From assembly GCA_963720755.1 (NCBI GenBank), contig CAVRGP010000015.1, positions 160,001 to 224,000 of the forward strand: a stretch of DNA of 64,000 nt, in the 5' to 3' direction. Positions within the stretch are counted from its first letter, which is position 1. Every line of letters starts with the position of its first letter. The stretch is from an uncultured Chloroflexia bacterium (GTDB lineage Bacteria > Chloroflexota > Limnocylindria > Limnocylindrales > CSP1-4). Below are positions 9,257 through 18,558 of this stretch, piece after piece. Made by a program: the position numbers and the translations under genes. Under the pieces are notes generated by a model, which was not told the DNA's origin, did not search any database, and saw nothing but the letters and a program-made list of their open reading frames with translations.

Positions 9257-9724
9257 TCAGCCGCCGGTCCCCGCGGCGACATCGAGCCCCGCCCGAAGGA
9301 CCCCCTCGAACTGCGGAGCCCAGGGACCCTGGCCGGCCAGCACGAACGGCGATTGTTCCGCCGACGCGAAGGTCGCCGGATCGGTCACGAAACTCCGGGC
9401 GCAGGCATCGATGGTCGGCCGAAGGCGATCGTAGGTCGCCCGGTTCGCGAACACGTACAGGTATATCCGGACAGGGGTCGCCTGGTCGAGCCCGTTGGCG
9501 TCGAACGCGATCGCCGTCGGCGCCAGGATCCGATCGTCGCACCCAGGGTCGCCCGACACGATGTTGTCGAGATGGAGGCCGCGCTTCGCGAACTCGATCG
9601 CGATGCCGCCGAAATCGGCGGGTGTGGGCGCCGGCGGGGTGGTCTCCACGTAGTCGCAGGCGGCCAGCAGGAAGGTCGTGATGGCGAGCGCAAGGCTCAA
9701 GCCGACGGTTCGACGGGATGACAT
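9257..9724 (-). CDS. Hypothetical lipoprotein
   Basis: MSSRRTVGLSLALAITTFLLAAC lipobox. Confidence 0.7.
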   Translation of the reverse strand: MSSRRTVGLSLALAITTFLLAACDYVETTPPAPTPADFGGIAIEFAKRGLHLDNIVSGDPGCDDRILAPTAIAFDANGLDQATPVRIYLYVFANRATYDRLRPTIDACARSFVTDPATFASAEQSPFVLAGQGPWAPQFEGVLRAGLDVAAGTGG

Positions 9725-9850
9725 CGTGCCGGAGGCTACCACCGGTCGTCCGGGACCGCTCTGGCGCGACCATCGCGGCAGGGGAATGGCGGCTATCGTA
9801 CGATGCCCCGGTCCCAGCCAGCGTGACGCCGCGTCCTGCCGTGAGGTCCA

Positions 9851-11173
9851 GTGCCCGAGATCCGTCCCTTCCGAGCCCTGCGGTACGACCACGCCACGGT
9901 CGGCGACCCGGCGCTCGTGGTCGCGCCGCCGTACGACGTCATCGACGCGGCCGAACACGCCCGGTTGCTGGCGCGCCATCCGGCCAATGTCGTCCGGCTG
10001 GACCTGCCCGGGGACGAGCTCGGCGACCAGCCGGATGACCGGTATCGTCGCGCAGCCCGGACGCTGGCAGCCTGGCGGTCGGATGGGACGCTTCACAAGG
10101 ACCCGCACCCGTCCATCTACATCTACGAGCAGACGTATCGCGTCCCCGGGACCGAGGTCACCCGCACCCAGCGAGGCTTCCTTGCGCGACTCCGACTGGA
10201 GCCGTTCGGTCCTGGCTCGGGTGTGCAACCGCACGAGCGGACGCTGGCGGGACCGAAGGAAGACCGCTATCGACTGCTTCGGGCGACCGGTGTCAACACG
10301 AGCCCGGTGGTCGGCCTGTACGAGGATCAAAGCGGCAGCGGGCATGCCGTGCTGGATCTCGCCATGGCGAAGGCTGCCGACATCGATCTGGTCGACGACG
10401 ATGGGACACGCCACCGACTCTGGGCCGTCCCGGCCGACGGCGAGGGCGCCGATGTCGTCGCTCCGCTGCTGGATGCCGCCGGGCGGGGACCGATCACGAT
10501 CGCCGATGGCCATCATCGCTACGAGACGGCCCTGCGGTATCGGGACGAGCGGCGGATGAGCCGGTCGTGCGAAGAAGACCCGGCCTTCGACTACCTGCTC
10601 GCGTTCCTCCTCGAGGCATCGCCCGCGTCGTTGACGGTCCTGCCGACGCACCGGGTCGTCCGGTCGCTGGGCCAGAATGGCGTGACGACCTTGATCGCCC
10701 GACTCGACGAGTTCTTCGACGTCCAGGCCGGGACATCCTCGGATGCGCTCCTGGAGACCTATTCGGCGGCGGCCCTGGCCCCGGGTGGTGCGGGTCGCTT
10801 CGGTCTATGGACGCGATCCGGTGGTTTCGGGCTGGTCGCCCGGCCCCAGGTGTTGGAGCCGTTCCTGCCCACCGGTGGACGAGCGGTCCGAGCGCTTGAC
10901 GTGACCCTGCTCGAGACTGCGCTCGAGCGACTGACGGGCATCGGCGCGGCGGCCATCGCCGACGGCGCCATCGCCTTCACGAAGTCGGCGGCGGAGGCCG
11001 TGGCCTGGGTCGACGAGGAACGTGATGGCGCCGATGCGGCGTTCCTGCTCGAACCGACGCCGGTCGCCGCCATCGAGGCCGTCGCGGCCGAAGGCGATGT
11101 GATGCCCCAGAAGTCGACCTACTTCTACCCGAAGGCCCTGACCGGCCTGGTGATCAACCCGCACGAATGGTGA
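9851..11173 (+). CDS. DUF1015 family protein
   Basis: IRPFRALRY, APPYDVI, PHERT, IADGHHRYE, MPQKSTYFYPK. Confidence 0.92.
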   Translation: MPEIRPFRALRYDHATVGDPALVVAPPYDVIDAAEHARLLARHPANVVRLDLPGDELGDQPDDRYRRAARTLAAWRSDGTLHKDPHPSIYIYEQTYRVPGTEVTRTQRGFLARLRLEPFGPGSGVQPHERTLAGPKEDRYRLLRATGVNTSPVVGLYEDQSGSGHAVLDLAMAKAADIDLVDDDGTRHRLWAVPADGEGADVVAPLLDAAGRGPITIADGHHRYETALRYRDERRMSRSCEEDPAFDYLLAFLLEASPASLTVLPTHRVVRSLGQNGVTTLIARLDEFFDVQAGTSSDALLETYSAAALAPGGAGRFGLWTRSGGFGLVARPQVLEPFLPTGGRAVRALDVTLLETALERLTGIGAAAIADGAIAFTKSAAEAVAWVDEERDGADAAFLLEPTPVAAIEAVAAEGDVMPQKSTYFYPKALTGLVINPHEW

Positions 11174-11179
11174 ACACGA

Positions 11180-12058
11180 ATGCCCGACACGACGCCTGAG
11201 CAGATCCTCGCCCGCGCCCAGGTGCCGCCTTCCAATGGACGGCCGATCCGGAAGGATGAGATCGAACTCGACGAGCGCGGCATCTATGTCGAGTCGTGGC
11301 TGCCCGAGCGGCGTTCGCGTCGCAAGCCGCTCCTGTTCATCCACGGCGAGCTCGCCGGTTCCTGGCTGTGGGAGCGCTATCTCGGGTACTTCGCGGCCCG
11401 TGGCTGGGAGGGCCACGCGCTCAACCTCCGGAACCACTACTGGTCGCAGACCGCCGATCCGGCGACCCTGTCGTTCGATACCTACACCGAGGACGTCGTC
11501 GCGACACTCGAGCGCTTCCCGGCCGGCGTCGTCGTCATCGGGCATGGGATGGGCGGGCTGCTGGCGCTCAAAGCAGCCGAGCGGATGCCGCTGTCGGGCC
11601 TGGTCCTGCTCAGCGCGGAGATGCCACGCGACCTGCGGACGCCCGCCAGATCCCACGAGTTGCGCGGGATCCCCGAGGCGTACGGCAAGTCGCTCATCGG
11701 TTGGGAAACGCTCCCCGAGCGACTCCTGCGCGATGATCGCGATCTGACCCTGGCCGACGTCCTGCGGATCCAGCACATGCTCGGACAGAAGCCGCACGAG
11801 GCCGGCGCAGCGCGTCGGCAGATGCTGGCTGGCGTTTCGATCGACCGGCGCGGCCTGGCCGAAGTCCCGCGCCTGGTCATCGGCGCCGGCCTCGACCGGA
11901 CGGTGACGATGACCGATTCGGAGCGCCTTGCCGAGTGGCTTGACGCCGACTACGAGCCGTTCGGGGCGCATTCCCACTTCGGCCTGGTCGTCGGCGAGAA
12001 CAGTCACCAGCAGGTGGCCGAGTCGATCCGTACCTTCCTCGAGGCCAATCGGTTGTAG
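11180..12058 (+). CDS. Alpha/beta-hydrolase fold protein lacking the nucleophile Ser
   Basis: PLLFIHG, GHGMGG in place of GHSMGG, C-terminal SHF. Confidence 0.8.
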   Translation: MPDTTPEQILARAQVPPSNGRPIRKDEIELDERGIYVESWLPERRSRRKPLLFIHGELAGSWLWERYLGYFAARGWEGHALNLRNHYWSQTADPATLSFDTYTEDVVATLERFPAGVVVIGHGMGGLLALKAAERMPLSGLVLLSAEMPRDLRTPARSHELRGIPEAYGKSLIGWETLPERLLRDDRDLTLADVLRIQHMLGQKPHEAGAARRQMLAGVSIDRRGLAEVPRLVIGAGLDRTVTMTDSERLAEWLDADYEPFGAHSHFGLVVGENSHQQVAESIRTFLEANRL

Positions 12059-12128
12059 CGTCCGAGCCCGGCCGATGCCGGTGGTATCATGCCGACCGGC
12101 CCGGCAGTTCCCGCCGTGCGCCATCGGG

Positions 12129-12205
12129 GCCGCATTCGTCTAGAGGCCCAGGACACCGCCCTCTCAAGGCGGAGATCACCGGTTCGAATCCGGTATGCGG
12201 TACCA
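12129..12205 (+). tRNA. tRNA-Glu(CTC)
   Basis: GCCGCAT/ATGCGGT acceptor stem, CCGCC-CT-CTC-AA-GGCGG anticodon arm, GGTTCGAATCC, encoded CCA. Confidence 0.97.
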
Positions 12206-12269
12206 ATCTCTCCCAGGCTCCGTCGATGCCGCACCACCGCGGGTATGGCCGCTCTCGTACACTCGCCTG

Positions 12270-13361
12270 ATGCGACCCTCCACGCCCCGCCGACTGGTGA
12301 TCCTCGCCGAAGGTGCGTTCGGGCCGCACGACGGCAAGACGGCCTACGGCGTCATCCAGTACGGCCGCGACGAGGTCGTCGCCGTCCTCGACTCGACGAA
12401 GGCGGGGGAGAACGTGTCGGCGTACCTCCGGGATCGCGACGTCCCGATCCTGGCCACCCTGGCGGAGGCGCTCGCGCGACCGACTCGCCCGGACACGCTG
12501 CTGCTCGGGATCGCGCCGACGGGTGGGCGGCTGCCGGACAGCTGGCGAGCGGTCATCCTCGAGGCGATCGACGCCGGTCTTGATGTCCACTCCGGACTCC
12601 ACACGTTCATCGGCGACGACCCGGAGTTCAGGGCCGCTGCGGCCAGCCGAGGCACGGCGATCGTCGACTACCGTCGCCCTCCGGAGCGCCTCGAGACCGC
12701 TGTCGGGCGGCGACACGGGCCCGGCAAGCGGGTGATCCTGACCGTCGCCACCGACTGCGCCGTCGGCAAGATGTCGGTAGCCCTTGAGCTTCGGCGGGCG
12801 GCGCTGGAGGCAGGGGAGTCCGCCTCGTTCGTCCCGACCGGGCAGACCGGCATGATGATCGAGGGCTGGGGCGTGGCGGTCGATCGGCTCATCAGCGACT
12901 TCGCCCAGGGCGTGATCGAAGACCTCGTCGAGCAAGGCGAGCGCCTTGGCGACTGGGTCATCGTGGAGGGTCAGGGCTCGCTCGACCATCCGGCCTACTC
13001 CTCGGTGACCCTGGCGTTGATCCACGGCGCGACCCCGCAGGCGATGGTGATGGTCCACAAGCCCGGGCTCCGCGAACATGACTTCGACCACCTCCCCGAG
13101 GCGTCGTTCCCGATCGCGTCCCTGCCTCGGTTCATCGCGCTGCACGAGCAGGTCGCAGGTCTCGTTGCACCGTCGGCCGTCGTCGCGGTCGCGCTCAATA
13201 CCTCGCTTTATCCGGACGACCGCGATGCCCGGCGGGTGATCGAGGAGATCGCTGCCGAGACCGGGCTGCCGACCGATGACCCGTTCCGATTCGGGCCGGA
13301 CCGCTTGTGGTCGGCGATCCGGGAACGGGTCGATGCGCTGCCCTGGGTCGACCACGGATGA
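12270..13361 (+). CDS. DUF1611 family P-loop protein (DgcN-like)
   Basis: GKTAYG, TVATDCAVGKM, TGQTG, VEGQGSL.HPAYS. Confidence 0.88.
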   Translation: MRPSTPRRLVILAEGAFGPHDGKTAYGVIQYGRDEVVAVLDSTKAGENVSAYLRDRDVPILATLAEALARPTRPDTLLLGIAPTGGRLPDSWRAVILEAIDAGLDVHSGLHTFIGDDPEFRAAAASRGTAIVDYRRPPERLETAVGRRHGPGKRVILTVATDCAVGKMSVALELRRAALEAGESASFVPTGQTGMMIEGWGVAVDRLISDFAQGVIEDLVEQGERLGDWVIVEGQGSLDHPAYSSVTLALIHGATPQAMVMVHKPGLREHDFDHLPEASFPIASLPRFIALHEQVAGLVAPSAVVAVALNTSLYPDDRDARRVIEEIAAETGLPTDDPFRFGPDRLWSAIRERVDALPWVDHG

Positions 13362-14428
13362 GTCTCCACGTCAGTCACGAGGTCCTGCGCCTGGCCCTGC
13401 GCGACCCGTTCCGGATCGCCCGCGAGGACCACGGCAGCAACGACGATGTCGTGACCACGGTCGTGGTCGAGTTGCGCGACGATCGACACCCGGGTGTCGT
13501 CGGGATCGGCGAAGGTTATCCCGATCGGTACTACGGGGAGACGCCCGCCACAATGGCTGCGATCTTCCCGTATCTGGTCTCACGGATCGGGGACGATGCC
13601 ATCGACTACACGACCGCGGGCGCCGGCGACGCGCTCGACCGGATCGGTCAGGCGATGGCCGACGGGATCCGCTGGAATGGGGCGGCCAGATGCGCCCTCG
13701 ACATCGCCCTTCACGATCTCGTCGGCAAGGTCGTCGGGTCGCCCGTCCACGCGCTGATCCGCCTGCCGCCGAGGATCCCCCCGACCGACTTCACCATCGG
13801 GATCGACGAACCCGAGATCGTCGGACTGCGGGCGTCGCGGGCCGCTGATTTCCCGGCGCTGAAGATCAAGCTCGGTGGTCCGCAGGACCTGGCCACGCTC
13901 CGGGCGGTTCGGGCCGTCTTTGGTGGACCCATCCGCGTGGATGCCAATACCGGCTGGACCCGCGACGACGCCGAGCGGCTGCTGCCCGAGATCGTCGAAC
14001 TCGGGGTGGAACTGATCGAGCAGCCGTTCGCCGCTCGCGCCTATCGGGACCTCGCCTGGCTGCAGGAACGGTCCCCGATCCCGATCGTGGCCGACGAGAG
14101 CGCCGTGACCGATGAGGATCTCGAGGCGCTGGTCGAAGTCGTCGAGGGCGTCAACGTCAAGCTGGCGAAGTGCGGTGGGATCGGCCCTGCGAAACGGATG
14201 CTCGAGCATGCCCGGGAACTCGGCTTCCGGACGTTCCTGGGGTGCATGGAGGAGACATCGGTCGGGATCGCCGGTTCCGCCGCCGTCGCGTCCCTCGCCG
14301 ATTGGGTCGATCTCGACGGCTGCCTGCTTCTCGCCGATGACCCCTTCGATGGCCTCGAACTCGGTCCTGACCATCGGTGGATCCTGACCGACCGACCGGG
14401 GTTGGGTCTGGTTCGCCGGGTTTCCTGA
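13358..14428 (+). CDS. Dipeptide epimerase / enolase-superfamily racemase
   Basis: KIKLG, VDAN, IEQP, ADES, NVKLAKCGG, DLDG; ATGA overlap with the upstream gene. Confidence 0.9.
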   Translation: MSLHVSHEVLRLALRDPFRIAREDHGSNDDVVTTVVVELRDDRHPGVVGIGEGYPDRYYGETPATMAAIFPYLVSRIGDDAIDYTTAGAGDALDRIGQAMADGIRWNGAARCALDIALHDLVGKVVGSPVHALIRLPPRIPPTDFTIGIDEPEIVGLRASRAADFPALKIKLGGPQDLATLRAVRAVFGGPIRVDANTGWTRDDAERLLPEIVELGVELIEQPFAARAYRDLAWLQERSPIPIVADESAVTDEDLEALVEVVEGVNVKLAKCGGIGPAKRMLEHARELGFRTFLGCMEETSVGIAGSAAVASLADWVDLDGCLLLADDPFDGLELGPDHRWILTDRPGLGLVRRVS

Positions 14429-14475
14429 CACGGACCGTGCACGGACCGCACACCCGTTCGGTGAACGTCCGTTCG

Positions 14476-14508
14476 TGTGGATAACTTGGTGGATGAACTG
14501 GTGGACAA
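14476..14508. promoter_or_regulatory. DnaA-box cluster (1 perfect + 2 degenerate, 12-bp period)
   Basis: TGTGGATAA 14476-14484, GGTGGATGA 14488-14496, GGTGGACAA 14500-14508. Confidence 0.65.
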
Positions 14509-14711
14509 GCCCCCTTCACGGTCGGCCGTCGGAGGTCCTACGATGGTTCCTCACCGGTCGCCGCGGTCCCGAGGAGGCGATGGCGCCGGAGTCCATGAAC
14601 CGTGTCCGGTCGTCGGGCCGCCCGTCCGACCTGCCGGTCCGTAGTTTCGTATTGCCTTCGGCCCGCCGTCCCAGGGTGGTCCGATGATGCTCGTCAGGAG
14701 GCACGCTATCG

Positions 14712-15143
14712 ATGGATCCGCATCGCGCCGCCTTGGGGACCCCAGACCCAGATGCCCTCGAATTCGTGCGGTTCTGCTACCACCGGCGACGGGTCGGCTG
14801 GCCGGAGCTGTACGACGAGATGTGTGCCGTGGCGGCGCGCGGGTTGTACCGGGGCCTTGACGCCGACGATCTGTCTGCGTTCGGGATCGGGTTCAGCCTG
14901 TTCGATATGCCCGCACTGGCCGTCATCGCTCGCCAGGTGTCGACCGAGGAACTAGCTCGTCGCCGCCCGGTCGCCGTCGTGATCCGAGCCGAACCCGAGG
15001 CGGACGCGATCGTCGACCCGGCTGTCGGATCGACGCCGCATGCCGAGCCCGAGTCCAAGCCCGAGTCCAAGCCCGAGCCGACCGCCGCTCCCCGGACTTA
15101 CGACGTTCCGGCGCGCCTCAAGGTGGCCCCGACGCCGGTCTGA
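14712..15143 (+). CDS. Hypothetical protein
   Basis: AGGAGG SD; structured-looking N-terminus FVRFCYHRRRVGWPELYDEMC and a PEPK-repeat tail. Confidence 0.7.
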   Translation: MDPHRAALGTPDPDALEFVRFCYHRRRVGWPELYDEMCAVAARGLYRGLDADDLSAFGIGFSLFDMPALAVIARQVSTEELARRRPVAVVIRAEPEADAIVDPAVGSTPHAEPESKPESKPEPTAAPRTYDVPARLKVAPTPV

Positions 15144-15147
15144 TCGG

Positions 15148-15375
15148 TCAGGCGCGGATCCGGCGCCGGGCCATCTCGCCCTCGATCTGGCGTTCCGCCT
15201 CGACGTATCGGTCGATCTGCTCGCGGAGCTGGTTCGCCTCAGGCGTGTAGAGGTGGACCTGGCCCTGCAGGATGTACGACAGACGCCGGCTGGTCATCCG
15301 GACGTGGTCGAGGTTCTTCATGAGGACCAGCGGGTCCATCGAGGCCAGGTCAGACGGGTGGTACATCTGCTGCAT
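15148..15375 (-). CDS. Small hypothetical protein (75 aa)
   Basis: Typical codon bias; TAGAAT 6 nt upstream of the ATG (leaderless). Confidence 0.75.
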   Translation of the reverse strand: MQQMYHPSDLASMDPLVLMKNLDHVRMTSRRLSYILQGQVHLYTPEANQLREQIDRYVEAERQIEGEMARRRIRA

Positions 15376-15389
15376 GGCCGCATTCTAGG

Positions 15390-16784
15390 TCACAGCGACC
15401 GCAGCGCTCTCGGTGGCCACGCCCAATCCACGTCGAGCGGCCCTGCGGCGAGGGCACGCCGCCGGCCCAGTTCCGTCGCTCCGAGGACGAGGATCCGATC
15501 CGTCTTGGTGGCCCGGCCAGCCTCGTCGCCCCACAACTTCGTCATCTTGCGACCGGCAGCGATGTCGTCGATCGCCACCCCGGCCAGACGATAGCCCTCG
15601 GGTTGGGCGGCCGATTCCCAGACACGGGCCGCCAGATCCACGCCGCCCTGGATCTGTCGGCCGCGATCGGTCTCGACGTCACCGATGACCAGGACGACGA
15701 CGGCGTCGTCGGCCAGGACAGGTCGCAAGCCGGCCAGAACGTCCCGCAGGAAGGCCAGGTACGGCTCGCGATGATGGGCGTCGTCGAGGGCGGCGTCGAT
15801 CGCGCGCGAATCGAACCCGAGGAACCACGTCCGCAGCCAGTTGTAATAGCCGTACTTGACGACCCGCAGATAGGGCGGCGAGGTGATGACGAGACGGGCC
15901 TGATCTGTCCGGCCACGAGCTTGCAGAGCAGCCCGAGCTCGCGGCGCCACGTCCCGTGCATCGCCGAGCAGGGCGATCCCCTCCATCGATGGTGGCGGCT
16001 GTCGGAACAGCCGATCGAGCTTCCTGGTCAGGCCGTCGAAGACGTCGCGCTCCGGCGACGAGAACCCGGTCCTCGCCGCGAACTCACGAACGTATCGAGG
16101 CGCCATCGAGAACGTGTTAGGCATCAGCTCCGAGAGGTAGCTGGCGCTCTTGCCGTGCAGGATCCCGGTCAGCGCGGTCGCCAGGAAGCGATCGGTCCGA
16201 TCGTCGAGCCGCAGCATCGTCCGCACGAACAGCAGTTGGCCGAACGTCCGAGGATGGAACGCCAGGGCGACTTCGACCGGGACCGGCTCGATCCCGTCGT
16301 CAGGACCCGACCCGGAGCCTGCGGCTGGCACGAGCGCCTCGGCCAGGGAAGGGTCAGCGACGATCCGGGCACCGAGCTCCGACCAGCCGGCCGACGATGC
16401 ATTCCAGCCGAGACGCAGCTGGGCGAGTCTGGTGGCCGCCTGCGATCTGGTGGCCGGCTCGACCTTGGCGGCGGTCAGGAGGTGGGCGAACGGATTGAGG
16501 TCGTTCCCGACCCCGATCCTTCCCTCGGCGCACGCCTGGAGTGGCGTCGTCCCACGGCCGGAGAACGGATCCATGACCACGTCGCCGGGTCGTGAGTAGC
16601 GGGCGATGAATGCGTGGGTGAGGGCCGCCGGGAAGCTCGCGAGGTACGAGCACATCGGGTGGAACGAGTGGCCCCACAGGCGCTGCTGGTCCTTCCACTC
16701 CGGGGCGAGATCGAGGGCAGGCAGCGCCGCGGGCAGCTCAAGGGCGAGCTGACCCTGGGTCACCTGCGTCGGTCGTGCCGACAT
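15390..16784 (-). CDS. Orphan DNA amino-methyltransferase (SPPY type, likely m4C)
   Basis: HPMCSYLASFP, motif I VMDPFSGRGTT, motif IV ITSPPY. Confidence 0.85.
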   Translation of the reverse strand: MSARPTQVTQGQLALELPAALPALDLAPEWKDQQRLWGHSFHPMCSYLASFPAALTHAFIARYSRPGDVVMDPFSGRGTTPLQACAEGRIGVGNDLNPFAHLLTAAKVEPATRSQAATRLAQLRLGWNASSAGWSELGARIVADPSLAEALVPAAGSGSGPDDGIEPVPVEVALAFHPRTFGQLLFVRTMLRLDDRTDRFLATALTGILHGKSASYLSELMPNTFSMAPRYVREFAARTGFSSPERDVFDGLTRKLDRLFRQPPPSMEGIALLGDARDVAPRARAALQARGRTDQARLVITSPPYLRVVKYGYYNWLRTWFLGFDSRAIDAALDDAHHREPYLAFLRDVLAGLRPVLADDAVVVLVIGDVETDRGRQIQGGVDLAARVWESAAQPEGYRLAGVAIDDIAAGRKMTKLWGDEAGRATKTDRILVLGATELGRRRALAAGPLDVDWAWPPRALRSL

Positions 16785-16915
16785 CGGACGGTCCCGGACC
16801 TCCCTTGGCCACGCGCCGATCCCGGTCGGTGCGATGGGTCGCGGAGCATAGCACGCGGCTTTCGGGCTTCGGCCCGTGTGGAGGGCTGGCAGAGGCACGC
16901 TAGACTCTCGCCTGA

Positions 16916-16952
16916 GTCCCCGTAGCTCAGTGGACAGAGCAGCCGCCTTCTA
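16916..16952 (+). repeat. 37-bp exact copy of the 5' half of tRNA-Arg(TCT) (att-like remnant)
   Basis: GTCCCCGTAGCTCAGTGGACAGAGCAGCCGCCTTCTA is identical to 18425-18461; preceded by a TAGACT -10 box at 16901. Confidence 0.95.
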
Positions 16953-17143
16953 GGTGTCGGGCTCTGTGCGCCATGGCTGTGAGCCTAGGTTCGCGAGCGA
17001 ATCGGGCGTTGTTAGTTGCTCAGCTCAAGGACGGTTTCGCGGGCCTTGCGACGCACTCGGCGGCCGGCATCGCCCTAACCATCCAAAGAACAAGCCGACA
17101 CCTCTTGCCCGCAACCGCCGAGCCTCCACCTGGTGCCTCACAC

Positions 17144-17181
17144 TGGAAGAATTGCGCGCATTCTTCCACTGGCGGTAGAAT
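17144..17181 (+). promoter_or_regulatory. fic promoter with overlapping palindromic operator
   Basis: TGGAAGAAT-N7-ATTCTTCCA (17144-17168) covers TTGCGC (-35); TAGAAT (-10) at 17176-17181. Confidence 0.55.
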
Positions 17182-17229
17182 GCTGCAGTCTCTACCGCTC
17201 ACAAGTTAGCCCTCGAGCAGACGGATCTC

Positions 17230-18327
17230 ATGGATTTCAAACTTCATCGAGACGCGCTAGTCCAGTCCCTCGACGCTCTCGAGGAGCGTCGTCGGCTGTT
17301 CAGCCATTTGCCTGTCGACCCAACACATGCCGAGTGGCTCCGCCGTCGGGCGTGGGTTCGGACCATTCACGGCACCACGCGTATCGAAGGCAACACCCTC
17401 TCCGACATCGAGGTGGATGAGCTTCTCTCGGGGTCGATGGGGCGCAATCTACCGCGCCGGGAGGCGCTGGAGATCCTGGGAACGCGCCAGGCTTTGGCGC
17501 TCGTCGACGACATAGCTCCTCGGGTCGACGTCCCTCTTGACGAGGGGCTGATCCGCGAGGTTCATCGGCGCGTCCTCGACGGCCAAAGTCCGCTCTTGAC
17601 GCCCGGTGAGTATCGGAAAGGCGAGAACAGAGTGGGGGGTGCAGCGGGTGAGATCGTCTTCACCACGCCACCGTCGGGCGACGTCCCCGAGTTGATGCAC
17701 GCCTTTGCTCGGTGGCTCATCGACCACGCATCGAGCGAGTCGCCACCGGTCGCTGCCGCGCTCGCCCATCTCGAGTTCGTGGCGATTCACCCGTTCAATG
17801 ACGGCAATGGACGCGCGGCTCGGGCGATCAGCCGATTGCTGCTGTTGCGAGGTGGCTACGGCCTCGACGGACTCGTCTCATTGGACGCCTACCTCGACGG
17901 GGATCGCCGTGACTACTTCGCGGCGATCCGAGCTTCTATCGGTACGACGTATGCGCCTCCCTACGACGCGACGCCCTTCGTCAGCTACTTCATCGGCTCC
18001 ATCCTCCGCGCGGCGGATCATGTTCTCGACCGCATCCGTGGTCTGGGCAGCGTGATGATCGCGATCCGTCGCGACGTCGTCGAAGGTCGCCTTCCGCCGG
18101 CGATGCTCGACGGGCTCGCTTACGCGTGGATCAACCGATCGATCCGCCCCGCGGACTACCAGCGAATCACGGGACGGAGCCCGGCCGCGTCGAGCCGCGA
18201 CCTGGCGTCCGCTGCGAGGGCCGGCTACCTGGTCGTGTCTGGTCGGACCCGTACGCGCGTCTTCCTCCTCGGTGAGCGGCTGCTCGCCGTGCCGGCACCC
18301 GGTGAATCCACGACGACTTCGGGGTGA
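17230..18327 (+). CDS. Fic family protein (class II, auto-inhibited) with probable C-terminal HTH
   Basis: HPFNDGNGRAAR; N-terminal inhibitory TTRIEGN. Confidence 0.92.
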   Translation: MDFKLHRDALVQSLDALEERRRLFSHLPVDPTHAEWLRRRAWVRTIHGTTRIEGNTLSDIEVDELLSGSMGRNLPRREALEILGTRQALALVDDIAPRVDVPLDEGLIREVHRRVLDGQSPLLTPGEYRKGENRVGGAAGEIVFTTPPSGDVPELMHAFARWLIDHASSESPPVAAALAHLEFVAIHPFNDGNGRAARAISRLLLLRGGYGLDGLVSLDAYLDGDRRDYFAAIRASIGTTYAPPYDATPFVSYFIGSILRAADHVLDRIRGLGSVMIAIRRDVVEGRLPPAMLDGLAYAWINRSIRPADYQRITGRSPAASSRDLASAARAGYLVVSGRTRTRVFLLGERLLAVPAPGESTTTSG

Positions 18328-18424
18328 CCCGATCCTCGTCCGCGAGCGTCATGGCAACGTCCAACCTACCGGGTTACCAGCCGTCGATGGGGTAGATTCG
18401 TGCGAGAACTAAGCAGCTAACCAC

Positions 18425-18500
18425 GTCCCCGTAGCTCAGTGGACAGAGCAGCCGCCTTCTAAGCGGAAGGTCGCAGGTTCGAATCCTGCCGGGGGCGCCA
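18425..18500 (+). tRNA. tRNA-Arg(TCT)
   Basis: Full cloverleaf, anticodon loop CT-TCT-AA, GGTTCGAATCC, CCA end. Confidence 0.95.
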
Positions 18501-18558
18501 ATCGCCAGTTCTGAGCAAGAAGCGGGCATCGAATGTCGATCGCTTCGGACGTCAAGGT

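Larger units (their letters stand above)
16916..18461. mobile_element. tRNA-Arg-integrated islet carrying a fic gene (no integrase)
   Basis: 37-bp direct repeats ending in the anticodon loop; visibly lower GC in the spacers. Confidence 0.7.

Noticed and set aside
14430-14710. oriC
   Set aside because: Only one perfect DnaA box, no AT-rich unwinding element, and no dnaA/dnaN/parAB context
16953-18424. Group I intron in the tRNA-Arg anticodon loop
   Set aside because: The downstream tRNA is complete with its own 5' half, and no recognisable P/Q/R/S core was seen
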